Below are positions 26,004 through 38,518 of a stretch of DNA of 64,000 bases, piece after piece; position 1 is the first letter of the stretch; the number at the start of each line of letters is the position of its first letter. A program made the translations under genes and the position numbers. This stretch comes from Octopus sinensis (taxonomy: Eukaryota), in the NCBI RefSeq assembly GCF_006345805.1, contig NC_043009.1, positions 42,284,001 through 42,348,000 of the forward strand, written 5' to 3'. The notes below the pieces were generated by a model. The model saw only the letters and a list, made by a program, of their open reading frames with translations, was not told the origin of the DNA and made no database searches.

Positions 26004-26476
26004 ATGTCAATACATTGGGATATGCCAATACACACAGATAGAGAAATTAAGGCCAACAGACCATTTTTTGATATAGTTGTCAGAGATCATGAAGAGAAGA
26101 AATGCTTTTTAATTGATGTATCAATACCAGCAGATGACAACGTTTCTCTAAAAGAAATGGAGAAACTTTCAAAATACAAAGACCTGGAAACAGAGATAAC
26201 TAGAATGTGGAATCTAAAAACAGAAACAATTCCTATCATAATAGGTGCATTAGGTATGATAAAAATATATTCAGACAAATACATAACAAAAAACACCAGG
26301 ACTTACAAACACATATAACATTCAGAAAATTGCACTACTAGGCACTGCACACATCCTACGCAGAACACTTTCAATACAGTAACCATCAGAGCACCAAAAC
26401 AAATCACAACACATACCCAAGGCACACAGAGCTGCGCTCGGTAGTGAAGTGAAAGCACGCTATAAAAATAAAACTA

Positions 26477-26479
<3 letters not shown>
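26004..26479 (+). mobile_element. R4/Dong-type 3' fragment, copy 2 (tandem duplicate, period 507 bp)
   Basis: Sequence and ORF translation appear identical to copy 1. Confidence 0.88.
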
Positions 26480-26529
<50 letters not shown>

Positions 26530-26559
26530 TGATGATGATGATGACGATGATGATAATAA

Positions 26560-26773
26560 TACTTTCCATTACAGGCACAAGGCCTGAAGTTTTAGGGGAT
26601 GGGATTTTTCGATTGCATCGATCCTAGAATTTCTCTGGTACTTGATTTATCGACCCCGAAAAGATGAAAGGAAGAGTCGACCTCGTTGGAATTTAAACTC
26701 AGAACGTAGTGACTGCGTCACTGCGTAAGCATTTCGTCCAGTGTGCTAACGATTCTGCCCGCTCGCTGCCTTA
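26560..26773 (-). mobile_element. SINE-B
   Basis: Family motifs present. Confidence 0.75.
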
Positions 26774-27365
26774 ACAACTATAATAATAATTAACAGTTAG
26801 GAAGGGTTGGGTAGGGTTGATAATTGAGTTTCTTGTCTTTCTCTTTGATTCACAAGGCAATGAAGTAGGCCCTTCAGTTAGGATTTGCAACAATAGTACT
26901 CCACCCATTGGAAACCATAGACAAACATATGTGTAATGGAAAACCTTAAAACAAAAGGTTATAGCTGTAGGCTGACACTGTTTATTTAAAAATCTATTGT
27001 CATCTTAATTTATATTTTTTTGTGTTGTTCTCTCTCACTCCTGTTTCGTTCTTCACGTTTATGTTTTTCTTCATACTGTGCTCTCTCCCTCTCTCTTTCT
27101 CTCTCTCTCTCCTCTCTCTCTCTCTCTTCTCTCTCTCTGTCCTTCTCTCACTCGATGCCTTCAACTTTGTATGGTGTTGATATAACTGGAGAATTCATTT
27201 TTGCCTGTTTGATTTGACATTCTGAAAATAATGTTAATATACACACTTATACACATATACACAGATGTGTGAGCGAGTGGACATATGTTCGTTCACAGAC
27301 ACACACATACATATATATAGCATATATACATACATAAACACACACATATACACACATAAAGATGC

Positions 27366-27413
<48 letters not shown>

Positions 27414-27471
27414 CTGCATACACATGTACATACATTATAGTTGAAATTCACATTTACACACACTATATATT

Positions 27472-27502
<31 letters not shown>

Positions 27503-28888
27503 TGCTCATCTTTATGAATATGATATTTCGTGACTAGAATGTGAGAAAGCATAATTATGGAATCGCCTGCCCCACCTTGAAATTTACCATTAATTGTTAG
27601 AGTAGTCTTTTTATGTCATAATTGTATTTCATATAATACAGTAGGTATTCACAATGCTCATACATAATTACCATACAGATGCTCTCATGTACAAAGTCAT
27701 ATAAAGACAGATAATAATATATATACCTCTTTAAGAAAGAAAATATATATATTAACGAATGTATCTGTTTATATATCTATATGTGCATCTGCGTATATGT
27801 ATTCACAGATACGCATACAAGCATCACAAACATATAGTCAAAATGCATTGCAGTTTGGGCAAATATTTTCTACCAGAGCCTCTGTCAAGACAAAGCTTTT
27901 AATTTCCATCTGGTAAATGGAAATTAAAATACAGAAAACTGAAGGAAGCTTATATATATGTACATATATTAATATATATATATTAATCAAGATTAATCAG
28001 CCGAAATTACGAGGATGATCCGGTTCTTGATTGAAGGCTTCGAATGTCCCGTCCGTGTTTTTTGTATCGTCTTCTAAATGTTTTGCGTTCTTGTCCCAGT
28101 TTGTATTTTTTTACATATACATAAATATATAGCGGCGCCCGTACCCTTTTTGGTCTATATATATATATATATATAGATAGATATAGATATATATAGGAGC
28201 AAAACGCCCTCCCTCCCCGTCCAATGGACAGTGCTGAGTTGTCAAACATTTAAACCAAATTTTCTTAAAACAACTTGCCCGACTGTCCCATAGGCCTCAC
28301 ATTTGAGAAACACTGATTTAACCTAAATTTGAGACACCAAACAGGCCTGCTTTTTGTGCGCAAACTGCACGTGCATTTTTCTCACGTACGCGTAGTATCG
28401 ATCGCAACAGCTGATGTACTTGCGCGTACAGATGCATGTTCCCACGGCTTTATCGATCACATTCTCACCTAGAATCGATTTTTGTAATTTTTTCAAGACT
28501 TATACACGCCTTGATACCGTCGGGCAACAAAGATTTTGCTACAGAAGACCGAAAAGATTTTCCTTGCTAATTTTGGTACGCTGATTTCAAATCTATTATT
28601 AGATTTTTTTTCTATCACGTCTAGAATTCGTGTAAAATACAAATCATTAAGTAAAATATCCTTCCATGTCGAGATTTTGGATTTTTTTGTCTTAATGCCT
28701 GTAACATGAAACTTACTTTCCAATGTTAACGCTTTTTTTTGCAAAGTATATACAAATTTTAACGATTTTTGTCAATAAAATTTATCCCGAGTCGGTAACA
28801 CTGAATCAAGAACATCCGTGACAAGTAGAGCAGTTGGTAAAGACAGCAGTTCATCTGAAGATTCTGCTAGTGGTATAAAAATAAGGAA

Positions 28889-29103
28889 AGAGCGGCGAAC
28901 TGACAGAAACGTTAGCAGTATTTCGTCTGCCGCTACGTTCTGATTTCTAATTCCGCCGAGGTCGACTTTGCCTTTCATCCTTTCGGGGTCGATTAAATAA
29001 GTACCAGTTACGCACTGGGGGTCGATATAATCGACTTAATCCGTTTGTCTGTCCTTGTTTGTCCTCTCTGTGTTTAGCCCCTTGTGGGTAGTAAAGAAAT
29101 AGG
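28889..29103 (+). mobile_element. SINE-B inserted in the Chapaev element, 20-bp TSD
   Basis: ggtataaaaataaggaaaga at 28872-28891 and 29102-29121. Confidence 0.85.
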
Positions 29104-29163
29104 TATAAAAATAAGGAAAGATGGCGTATGTGTTCCAGATGCAACTAGTTCCTCACATTTTAA

Positions 29164-30105
29164 ATGACTTGGATGTTAAATGACTTGGTGCACAATTTGG
29201 AATTGCCAAAAGAAAAGGCAGAGTTGCTTGGTTCTAGACTTCAAGAATGGAATTTTCTCCAGCTAAACATCAAAGTTTTCCATTTCTGCCACCACCATTT
29301 GCAGTTTTCATCATTTTACTTACAGAAGGAAAACGTTTGCTTCTGCCACGATATCAGTGGCCTGATGGAAAGGATTGGCTTCTTCTATGATCCAAAAGAA
29401 TGGAGACTGTTCATTGACTCTAGTAAAGCTAGCCTTAAAGCTGCATTACTGCACAACAGCAATGAAAAACCTTCAATACTTGTAGCACATGCCACAGGCC
29501 TTAATGAGACTTATGAATCAATGGAACTGCTACTAGGATTTATTAAATATAAGGAACACATGTATAATATGTGTGGCGACCATCAAGTTGTATCATTACC
29601 TCTTTACCTGAAAAATACTCAGAACTTATTGACCCTTAGAAAGTGCATCTTCTACCACTTTACATAAAATTTGGCCTTATGAAAAATTTCGTGAAGGGTA
29701 TAGATTATCAAGGTAGTTTTTTCAATATTCAAATGATAAATTGAAAGGGATATTGACAGATACTGAGCTAGAAGCTGGAGTTTTCTCTAGGCTACAAATC
29801 CGCAGTGTCATCCACGACTCATCATTTCCATCTGATCTAAATGAGAATGAACAAGGAATGTGGACATCTTTTGTTGAAGTTGTCAAAAACTTTCTTGGCA
29901 ACCACAAAGCTGAAAACCACCATGAACTCGTAGAAAACATGCTTAAATTTTATTAAACAATGAGATGCAGAATATCTTTGAAAATGCATTTTTTACATTT
30001 TCATCTTGACTTCTCGGCCAATCTTGGGGCTGTGAGAGACGAGCGTATTAAGTGCTTCTACCAACAGATCTCAGTTATGGAAAATAGATACCAAGATAAT
30101 TTCAA
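29164..30105 (+). pseudogene. Chapaev3-type transposase pseudogene
   Basis: LNDLV..L.LPKEKAELLGSRLQEWN, WRLFIDSSKASLKAALLHN, CGD, PLYIKFGLMKNFVK, NFLGNHKAEN, SLKMHFLHFHLDF, QQISVMENRYQ. Frameshifts, stops and an internal deletion near 29600. Confidence 0.8.
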
Positions 30106-30445
30106 GCCAAACAAAGGAAGAGGAAACACCAAAGTTTCACTTAAGAAATGGAAGTTTCCTTTCCGTTGGTACAAAATACTAAGGCGCTCCGGGTGAACGG
30201 TTGAGTGCAGGGGTGGTAACTCTGCTAGTGGAATCCCGCTGTCTGTCTTAAGTCAGAATAAAAGCGTAAAGACTCCCTTGTTCATTAATTATTTAAGTTT
30301 GCTTAACATAAAACGTGACACAGAAAAGCAGTTTAGATGACTTTCGCAATAAAAGTGAGTGACAAAAAAAATGAAAAATAGGGGTTTTCGGTTACACAAA
30401 ATTTGGATGTGATAGAAAAATTTAGATATACCAACTAAACACTCA

Positions 30446-30712
30446 TAGGTGCAGGAGTGTCTATGGAACAGCAGAGAAGACAAGAACGACTACGAAAAAC
30501 ATGATTGGCCATCTAGAACTGAACATGTTGTTGGTAAACAAAATGAGAAATACCCAGAACTTACCAACCACATGGTTCTGGGTTCATTCCCACTGGGTGG
30601 CACCTTGGGCAAGTGTCTTCTACTATAGTCTCGGGCCGACCAAAGCCTTGTGAGTGGATTTGGTAGACGGAAACTGAAAGAAGCCCATCGTATATATGTA
30701 TGTATGTATATC

Positions 30713-30772
<60 letters not shown>

Positions 30773-30975
30773 AGTGTCTTTGTCCCCCACCATCGCTTGA
30801 CAACCGATGGTGGTGTGTTTACGTTCCCGTAACTTAGCGGTTCGGCAAAAGAGACCGATAGAATAAGTACTTGGCATCCAAAGAAGAAGTCCTGGGGTCG
30901 ATTTGCTCGACTAAAGGCGGTGCTCCTACATGGCCGCAGTCAAATTACTGAAACAAGTAAAAGAATAAAAGAATA
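30446..30975 (+). mobile_element. SINE-A inserted in the Chapaev element, head disrupted by a transposase-derived insert
   Basis: aggtgcaggagtg...[106 bp foreign]...ttaccaaccacatggttc, followed by the normal body and tail. Confidence 0.85.
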
Positions 30976-32114
30976 TAAGATCTGGAATTAGCATCAGAAA
31001 TTTGATAGGAATCAGTAGTTTACGTGTTTGTAACAAAAAAGAAAAGTTGAAATTTGTTGCCTTGCATAATGGTTCTATCCTGTATTATTTTATGATGGCA
31101 AGATAATCTCCAAGTCATTTAATGTAGTAGAACAAGTGATTCTTCAATTGTTCAACTTGTTGTGGTTTCCTTGAAACAATGTTTGCAATGGCCAGAAAAA
31201 TTTCCATGAATCAAATCAAATCAAATACCAACTAAACGCTCAGAGATAACACTCTCACTTCTTGATAAACGGAAGGACACACTGGATAACGTAGTCCTAA
31301 ATTAGAAACAAAAATAGGCGGTATGATTACCCCTAGAATGCTTTTGACTCTAAGTCTGTACTCTCTCTCTCACCCCAGGTGTCTTGCCTGTTTTACATGT
31401 ACTGGAAATCATAGCCCTCCATTTCAAACTCTGAATACTCATGGTTGGTGGGAAGGAGATGAGATACGACAATGGTTTTCTATTGCCTTCTGCTGGTTTA
31501 TTTACAATTTACCTTGGTACTCTCTTGCTCTCCCAAAATTACCTTTGAAGCAGATAATTCATTTCACTCTCAGGCAGAGGGACTGGATCACATGACATCA
31601 GAATATAGCCACACACTGGTGAAACTGTGCGGCACATGTCAGGGGATCAATCCGTTCTCTAAGTCTTGTGTGTCTTAGCCACTAGGAAATCTTTCTATTT
31701 TCATCTGACCTACAACTGGTGCCCTTTGACGGGTATCAGAACGGACTCGGTACTAATTGTGACTAACTGGTAACTCCATATTCTTCAAAACGCTTCAACT
31801 TCTTGGTTGACAGAAAATGTAAGATGACCGTCGTGTGTGTGTGTGTGTGTTTGTTCCCCCTCCACCGCTTGACAACCGGTGTCTGTGTGTTTATATCCCC
31901 TTAACTTAGTATTTCGGCAAAAGTGATCTATAGAAAAAGTATCAGGCTTTAAAACAACAAAAAAAGTACTGGGTTTGATTTTGATTCATTCTACTACAGT
32001 TCTTCAAGGCAGTGCCCCAGCATGGTCGCAGTCTAATGACTAAAACATGTAACAGATAAAATAAAAGATACAATATGATAGAAACCAAACAGTGGCAGCA
32101 GCAGCAACAGCAGT

Positions 32115-32534
32115 GGAGGCACAATGGCCCAGTGGTTAGGGCAGCGGACTCGCGGTCGGAGGATCGCGGTTTCGATTCCCAGACCGGGCGTTGTTTGTGT
32201 TTATTGAGGAAAAACACCTAAAGTTTCACGACGCTCCGACAGGGGGTGGTGGCGACCCCTGGTGTACCCTTTCGCTCTAACTTTCTCTCAGTCTTTCTTC
32301 CTGTTTCTTGTCCCCCGACTTCCTACGCAACCGCTGAGCCTGGATGCGCATTCATCCATCCGTCGATGCTTTCGGTGTCGGGGGTTGACCTGCTTTCTCT
32401 TCTGCGGGTCTTACGAATAGCAAAGGACCACGTTTCGGACTTCTCCCACTACAGATAATCCTGAGGCGCGATCTTGCGAGCTCTGGGACGAAGACCGTTT
32501 CGCTCAACAAACAAACAAACAAACAAACAAACAA
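32115..32534 (+). mobile_element. tRNA-derived SINE family C with (AAAC)n tail
   Basis: A box tggcccagtgg and B box ggtttcgattccc. Head and body are shared with 52811-53130. Confidence 0.8.
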
Positions 32535-32749
32535 GCAGTAACAGCAGCAGTGACAATTGTATTAAAGGTTTGTGAGTATGAGAAAAGGGTGTGAGGGTGG
32601 TTGCTTATGAGATTCAGATGACATCCTGTTATGTGACAACTTTACTCAGCAACACAAGACACTACTACCAGTTGTAATTAGACGCTAAGGTGATTATAAA
32701 TATAATGGTATCTCCCCTTGAATGTTGGCTGTCACGGAAACAAGTGTAT

Positions 32750-33461
32750 AACAGAAAAAAAGGGTGTTGATGAGTGAGAGGAAAATAGTGGTAGAAAGAC
32801 AGACATAGAGAAAAGGAGAAAGAGGGAAGTAATTAGAAAGGAAGGGCGGGTAGAGAGAGAGAGGTTGTGTAGTAAGAAAAAGAGATGATAGTGAGAGAGG
32901 GTAGAGAAAGAGGAGAGATACGTAGAGGAGAGAAGAGTGGTAGAATGCTGCGTGGGGATACAGAGAGGGAAGATAGAGAGAAGAGTGAGGGGAAAAGAGG
33001 GAAATTGTTAGAGAGAGGGGGAGATAGAGAGAGGAGTGAGACATAGAAGAGAAAAGAGGGAAATTGATAGAGAGAGGAGTGAGATATAGAGAGGAAAAGA
33101 GGGAAATTGTTAGAGAGAGAGGGGGAAAAGTGAGACAAAGGAAAAGAAGGGTAAAAGCAGTTTGAGTGCACGGACTATAGAGAGACACAGAGGACAAAAG
33201 TGTGATGGAAATAGTTAGAGTGAGGGGGTAAAAGAGGGTGGGATGAGACATATAGGAAAAGGGGGATATGAAATAGGAAGAGAAAGTGGGGTGTTGAGTG
33301 AGGGGTGAGACGGAGGAAAAAGGAGATATGGAAAGCGAGAAAGCGGAGTCGTACAGGAAAGGTGGGATATGAAAATAGCCAGAGTCGGGGTTAGACAGAA
33401 CATCATAAAAACGCATGAGAAAGAGATAGTTATCTATCTATCTATCTATCTTTCTATCTAT

Positions 33462-33521
<60 letters not shown>

Positions 33522-33551
33522 ATATCTATCGATCTATCTATCTATCTATCA

Positions 33552-33602
<51 letters not shown>

Positions 33603-33603
33603 G

Positions 33604-33675
<72 letters not shown>

Positions 33676-34400
33676 GAGAAAAGAGAAAGGGAGAAGGTAA
33701 ATGAATTGAGAAGGAAAACAATTTAGGAAGGAATAGGCAGACAAAATACGCCAGAAAGAGTGAGCAGACTTTGAGATGGAGGAGTGAATAAAAAAAAGAA
33801 AACAATGGAAAGAGAAGAGAGAGAAGAAGGCAGAAAGCCAACAAGAGAGAGGAGTGAGGAAGAGAGAGAGACGGTGAGGAAGAGATGGGGCGAGGGAGAA
33901 TGTAAAAGAGGAAGAGTAAGTATGAGAAGGGTTCAATTTTACAGAGATTTACTGTGTGGAGTGAGAAAGAGAATGATTGTGAGAGAAAGAGAGAAACAAA
34001 TGACAGACAGAGGAAGTTAATGTTGGGAAATATAGGAAAAAGAGAGAATATGGAAGAGGAAAGAGAGGAGAAAAGGTGTAATGAAGAAAAAAGAAAGAAG
34101 GAAACAAGAGAACAGGGAGACAGATAGACAAAAAGGAAGCAAAAGAGGAAACCAGGAAAAGGTCGAAGCGGAAGTAGAAAACTATGGCGTAATAAGTTAT
34201 GGAAGTTGATTGGATTTAGAGAAAACAGTTTATAAACAGAGAAAGGGGGAGGTGGGAAAGGGGGTAAAAGAAAAAAAGCGAATGATATTAGTAATAAGGA
34301 TAATGTAGGAAAAAAAGAAATGAGATGAAGGCCATCAGGGATAATGTCGTCAAAGAAAATCTGACTCTGAGAGAGAGAGAGGGGATGTGGAAGGAGGAGG
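32750..34400. repeat. Purine-rich (GA) low-complexity domain with a central (TATC)n microsatellite (33430-33675)
   Basis: Strong A/G strand bias and repeated gaaaagagggaaattgttagagag. Confidence 0.9.
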
Positions 34401-34409
34401 TAGAGGAAT

Positions 34410-35060
34410 CTGAGTTCCTCGAAATTCGTTCAGGTGTCCGACAGAGACGTGTTCTACCTACAACGCTCTCTCAACCATGATATCGGCTGGAACGTGAAGC
34501 GTGTTCTAGCAGGTTTCCTGTGCTTTGCTGCAGACAATGAGTTTTTTTTTTATTCATCGACTTTCACTTTGCTCCCTACATCGTGATAAACGGTGTAGTT
34601 CGTAGTGTCAAGGGATGAATTGATCTCACAGGATGGCCGGTTTATACATTCACTTTTACTGTAATTGAAGAAACGTTATTTTTAAAGACGCGAGCGGCCG
34701 ATTTGGCTCCTGCACTGAGCAGCCAAAAGCCACGTTATGCCACTGATGCAGTTATACAATATACCAATAAATGTCCCAGTATGTACCCGTCCAATATTAA
34801 CATGAAAATCAATGTCAACAAGACAAAGATTGTATCCACTGACATCTCGTCTTCTGGAAGTATCTCCGTCTACTCATTTTGTCCAAGAAATCTCCAAAAA
34901 GTCATGCAGTTTTGTAGAAACCTACTTGCCACAAACTGAGGTAAAGATGCGAGAGGAGTCCGGATCAGCGGTGCACGAGGTACATTCTACCGTTTTCAAA
35001 ATTGGCTTATCTTTAGGTCGGAGATGACTGCAGCCACGAAAATTCACATATATCGTCGTT
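34410..35060 (+). mobile_element. Old RTE-type LINE reverse-transcriptase remnant
   Basis: SGVRQRRVLPTTL (cf. GVRQGCVLAPTLF), MKINVNKTKI, and VRISGARGTF...TKIHIY, interrupted by other sequence. Confidence 0.55.
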
Positions 35061-36596
35061 TGTTACATGAAGTGACAAAATGTTTAAAATATTGCAAATG
35101 TTACATGTTACAGAGAAAATTGTATATTATTATTTGCTGCTAAGTCATCGAATGAATCTGAGTTTTCAAAGAAAAACAAAATAACATAATAATGAATTGC
35201 TTCAATACTTTCTGACACAACTAACTTACATTTTTTCTTTCTTTCTTTTTGCAATCCCTTTAGCATGAACCAAGGAATATGGTATTGACAGCAAACTCTA
35301 AGAAAATGTCTTTAATCTATGGGTACTTTTAGTATGAGTACACGAGGAAAAGAAAAATATGTATGTTTTCTACGGGAACTTGAGGGTAAAAATCAGATGA
35401 GAGACAAGATTTATAAGTTGTGGGAATAGGACTAATAAATATCAAAGTATAAATGAATGCGAAGATAAGAATGGAAAAAATAGAATGAGCTGAGATTGGA
35501 AGAAAAAGTTACAATAAATATTGTTATCTGTTCTTCGTTTTCTCTCTTTTTTTTTTTTTTTTGGTTATTTCATCAAATAAAGACATCTATAAAGAACTTT
35601 TTTTTCTTCTGGAAAGGGTTAAAAGCAAAGAGCTGCAAATCGAGGAAACTGAAACTTGGAGAAACAAATGAGAAAGTGATGAGATTGGGCTTCAGTCAAT
35701 TGTCTCTCTAACGTATGTGAAAATATTCGGTTTTTCTGAGAACGTCTCTTGTGTTTGTCAATGCTACCATTTCATTGCCGAGAAATAAACTACCCAATCA
35801 TGTAACACAGTCAGCAGAGAATTCAACGAAGCTTATTGATTGGCTGTTTAACCCAATTCAGATACGATCAATGCATAACAAGAACAATAGAACGAAATAC
35901 TATTGTCAACATTTAGATTTTTCTCCCTCACGTCTGACAGCACCAGGAAAATGCAATTTGCACAATTGCAATAACAAAAGATTGAAAAAATCCATAAAAG
36001 ACACATAAAGAATTCAAAATTGCAACACCAACAAATATATAACAAATACCTCTATGGCGAGATCTGATTTTTTTCTTCCTCTTCTTGTTTAAATATTTTA
36101 TTATATTTTATTATATTTTTGAAGAATTTTTTTTTTCAACTTGGTACAATTTATTGTCTTTCTCATTTTTCTTCTACTTTATCAGGATTTGTAAAAGTCA
36201 CTCTCCGTGGTATACCTCGAAATAAACAACTTAATAATAGCGAAGCAAGAAATATTACACTGAAACCAAAACTGAAGACGAGAAAAGAAGAAAAATGAAG
36301 AAACAAAGAAGCAAAAAAAAAAAAAAAAGAAGCAGAGGGAGCCAGAATGATTAAAAAAAAGTGTAGGGAGAAATGCAGAAAAGTGATAGAAAAATAAGGG
36401 AAAGGAGGAAGGAAAAATGATATTCTAACAGAAAACTTAAGAATAGTTGAAGCAAGTTGTGATGGTCAGAATCGATTAGAAGGGAGTGTCATCCTGGTAT
36501 TCACAAAGGGTCCCGTCACTGTTTTATATATTGGTTTCAAATTTTGGCACAAGGCCAGCAAGTTCTGGTAAGGAGCCCCACCCCACCTCAGTGCTC

Positions 36597-36633
<37 letters not shown>

Positions 36634-36907
36634 CATGCGTATGATTGTGTTTATATGTCTGTCTCTCATTGCTTGTTGGTTTGTTTACGTCAATCTTGTT
36701 GTTTTTACTTTGTTGATATCAAATTAGAAGGTAATAAGAACCAATTAATAATAATAGAATTTTCGAGAAAAAATAGTTGTTTTGAATTTTGCCAACTAAA
36801 TGGTTTTCATAATGTTTTTGTCTATATTTTGACTAAAACTTAGAATAAAGTACTAGTCAAATACTATCTCCATCTAATCAGCGATAACTCATACGGATTA
36901 TATTTTT

Positions 36908-36943
36908 GGATACATTTCAGTCTTATTCTAACCTCATCAATCC
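36908..36943 (-). ncRNA. Decayed minimal hammerhead
   Basis: Minus strand gga-TTGATGA-ggt...act-GAAA-tg-TA-tcc. Confidence 0.45.
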
Positions 36944-37436
36944 CAGATTTCAAATCACACTCTTCCGTCGTCAGAATAAAGGGCATTACTTGTTACTCTA
37001 CGCCTGAAAATAAAACGAAGTGGACTTAAGTTAATGCGTTTCCTCATATCTGATAAAAGAGCATTGATTTGAGATTAAATAGCAACAGAAAAAAACACCG
37101 ATGAATTCTAGTTTATCCCTGGTAGGCACCGCATTGAGTTTCAAAAGACAGAACATTTCACTTTCATTCACATAGTCTACATGGCCGTAAACATGAGTGT
37201 TTTGTTTTATATATGTGTGTGTGTATGTGTCTATGTGTGAGAATGAGTGTGTGAATGTTTATATATGAAGTAAAACCAACTATAGTATAATAAATATCAT
37301 TAAATACATATACTAATGTATAAACTTTGTGCATTTCCGGTGGCTGCAATGACGGAAAATACACAAAGCATATACATTAGTATAAATAAAATAATATATA
37401 TGTATATATACATACATATATGTGCATACATATATA

Positions 37437-37491
<55 letters not shown>

Positions 37492-37494
37492 GCA

Positions 37495-38218
37495 TATATG
37501 GATACAGGATGTTACAAAACGTAAACAACTTGAAATACGAAAACAACATGAAATGCGAGAGCAGCTTGGGTATGCGAACAACGTGAGAAATAAGTGGAAA
37601 ACAAGACAAGTAACATAAAGAACGACCCTTCATCAGTTGTTGCTGTTCATCTACTCCACATTTCGAGCAATCAATATGAGGCTTCGAAAAGCAGTTGCTC
37701 CTGTGAACCAAAATAAAATTTGGGATCTTGCGGAGGGTCAAAGTTGGTAGCAAAAACAGGACAGTGGAGACATACAACAAACCAAACGAAAACATACATA
37801 GAGTGCCGTTTGACCAGACGCGGTAAGGTAGCGAACGCTGGAGGAACATTCTTTGACAAGAGAAAAGATAGGAGAGGTGGCAGATGAGAATGCGTCTGGG
37901 CTGTGCGACAGATTGAAGGAAAAGAAAGATGATCACGTGAAGAAAAGATGGACGATGGTCACGTATGAGCAACGAGCGAGAGACTAAAGGAGGAAGAGGG
38001 AGAGAGAGACAGATAGAAAACGGTGAAGGGGAGAAAAAAGAATTAGAGAAAAGATGAGAGAGAAAAATGAAAGGGGAAGAAGGAGAGAAAAAAGAATTTG
38101 GGAAAGGAAGAGAGAGAAATCGAAAGGAGGAGAGAGAGAGAGAGAGAACGGTACATGGTAGAGTCGCATCAAAATTATTACGATAACTTACTCGGAAATG
38201 GATCCGTGGCATTCCATC
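37495..38218 (-). mobile_element. pLTR-like repeat, family X3, carrying the permuted hammerhead-like motif; second copy 40745-41013 (-)
   Basis: The two copies align over about 270 bp and are bounded by (TA)n. Confidence 0.6.
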
Positions 38219-38275
<57 letters not shown>

Positions 38276-38518
38276 ATATATATGAAAAAAACAAGTCAAA
38301 AATAGAAAATGCTAAAATAATTTTTATAGTGAACATTTCAGTACCGGTTTCGGTCATTTTGAGACCTTTCAACTGTAACGATTAAATAATTAAATTTAGA
38401 AAAATTAGAAGAAAAGTTTTTTTAAAAGAATATTTCTATAGTAGTGTTCAGATTTAAGTGGCATTCTGCCTTTCTCTGACTCCCTTGTTTGCACTTGTGT
38501 GTCGGAGGTCGTTGTGAG

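Larger units (their letters stand above)
28517..31066 (+). mobile_element. Decayed Chapaev3-type (CMC) DNA transposon
   Basis: Residual TIR ggcaacaaa (28523-28531) / tttgttgcc (31053-31061). Contains a broken transposase and two inserted SINEs. Confidence 0.75.

Noticed and set aside
32115-32190. tRNA-like sequence (also SINE-A, -B and -F heads)
   Set aside because: Continues into a repeated SINE body and has no proper acceptor stem or terminator, so it is not a tRNA gene.
32694-33416. 240-aa ORF on the minus strand
   Set aside because: Translation of a pyrimidine-rich low-complexity tract, which lacks stops by composition.
37313-38212. 299-aa ORF on the minus strand
   Set aside because: S/F/L-rich translation of (CT)n, pLTR-like and (TA)n sequence, with no domain motifs.
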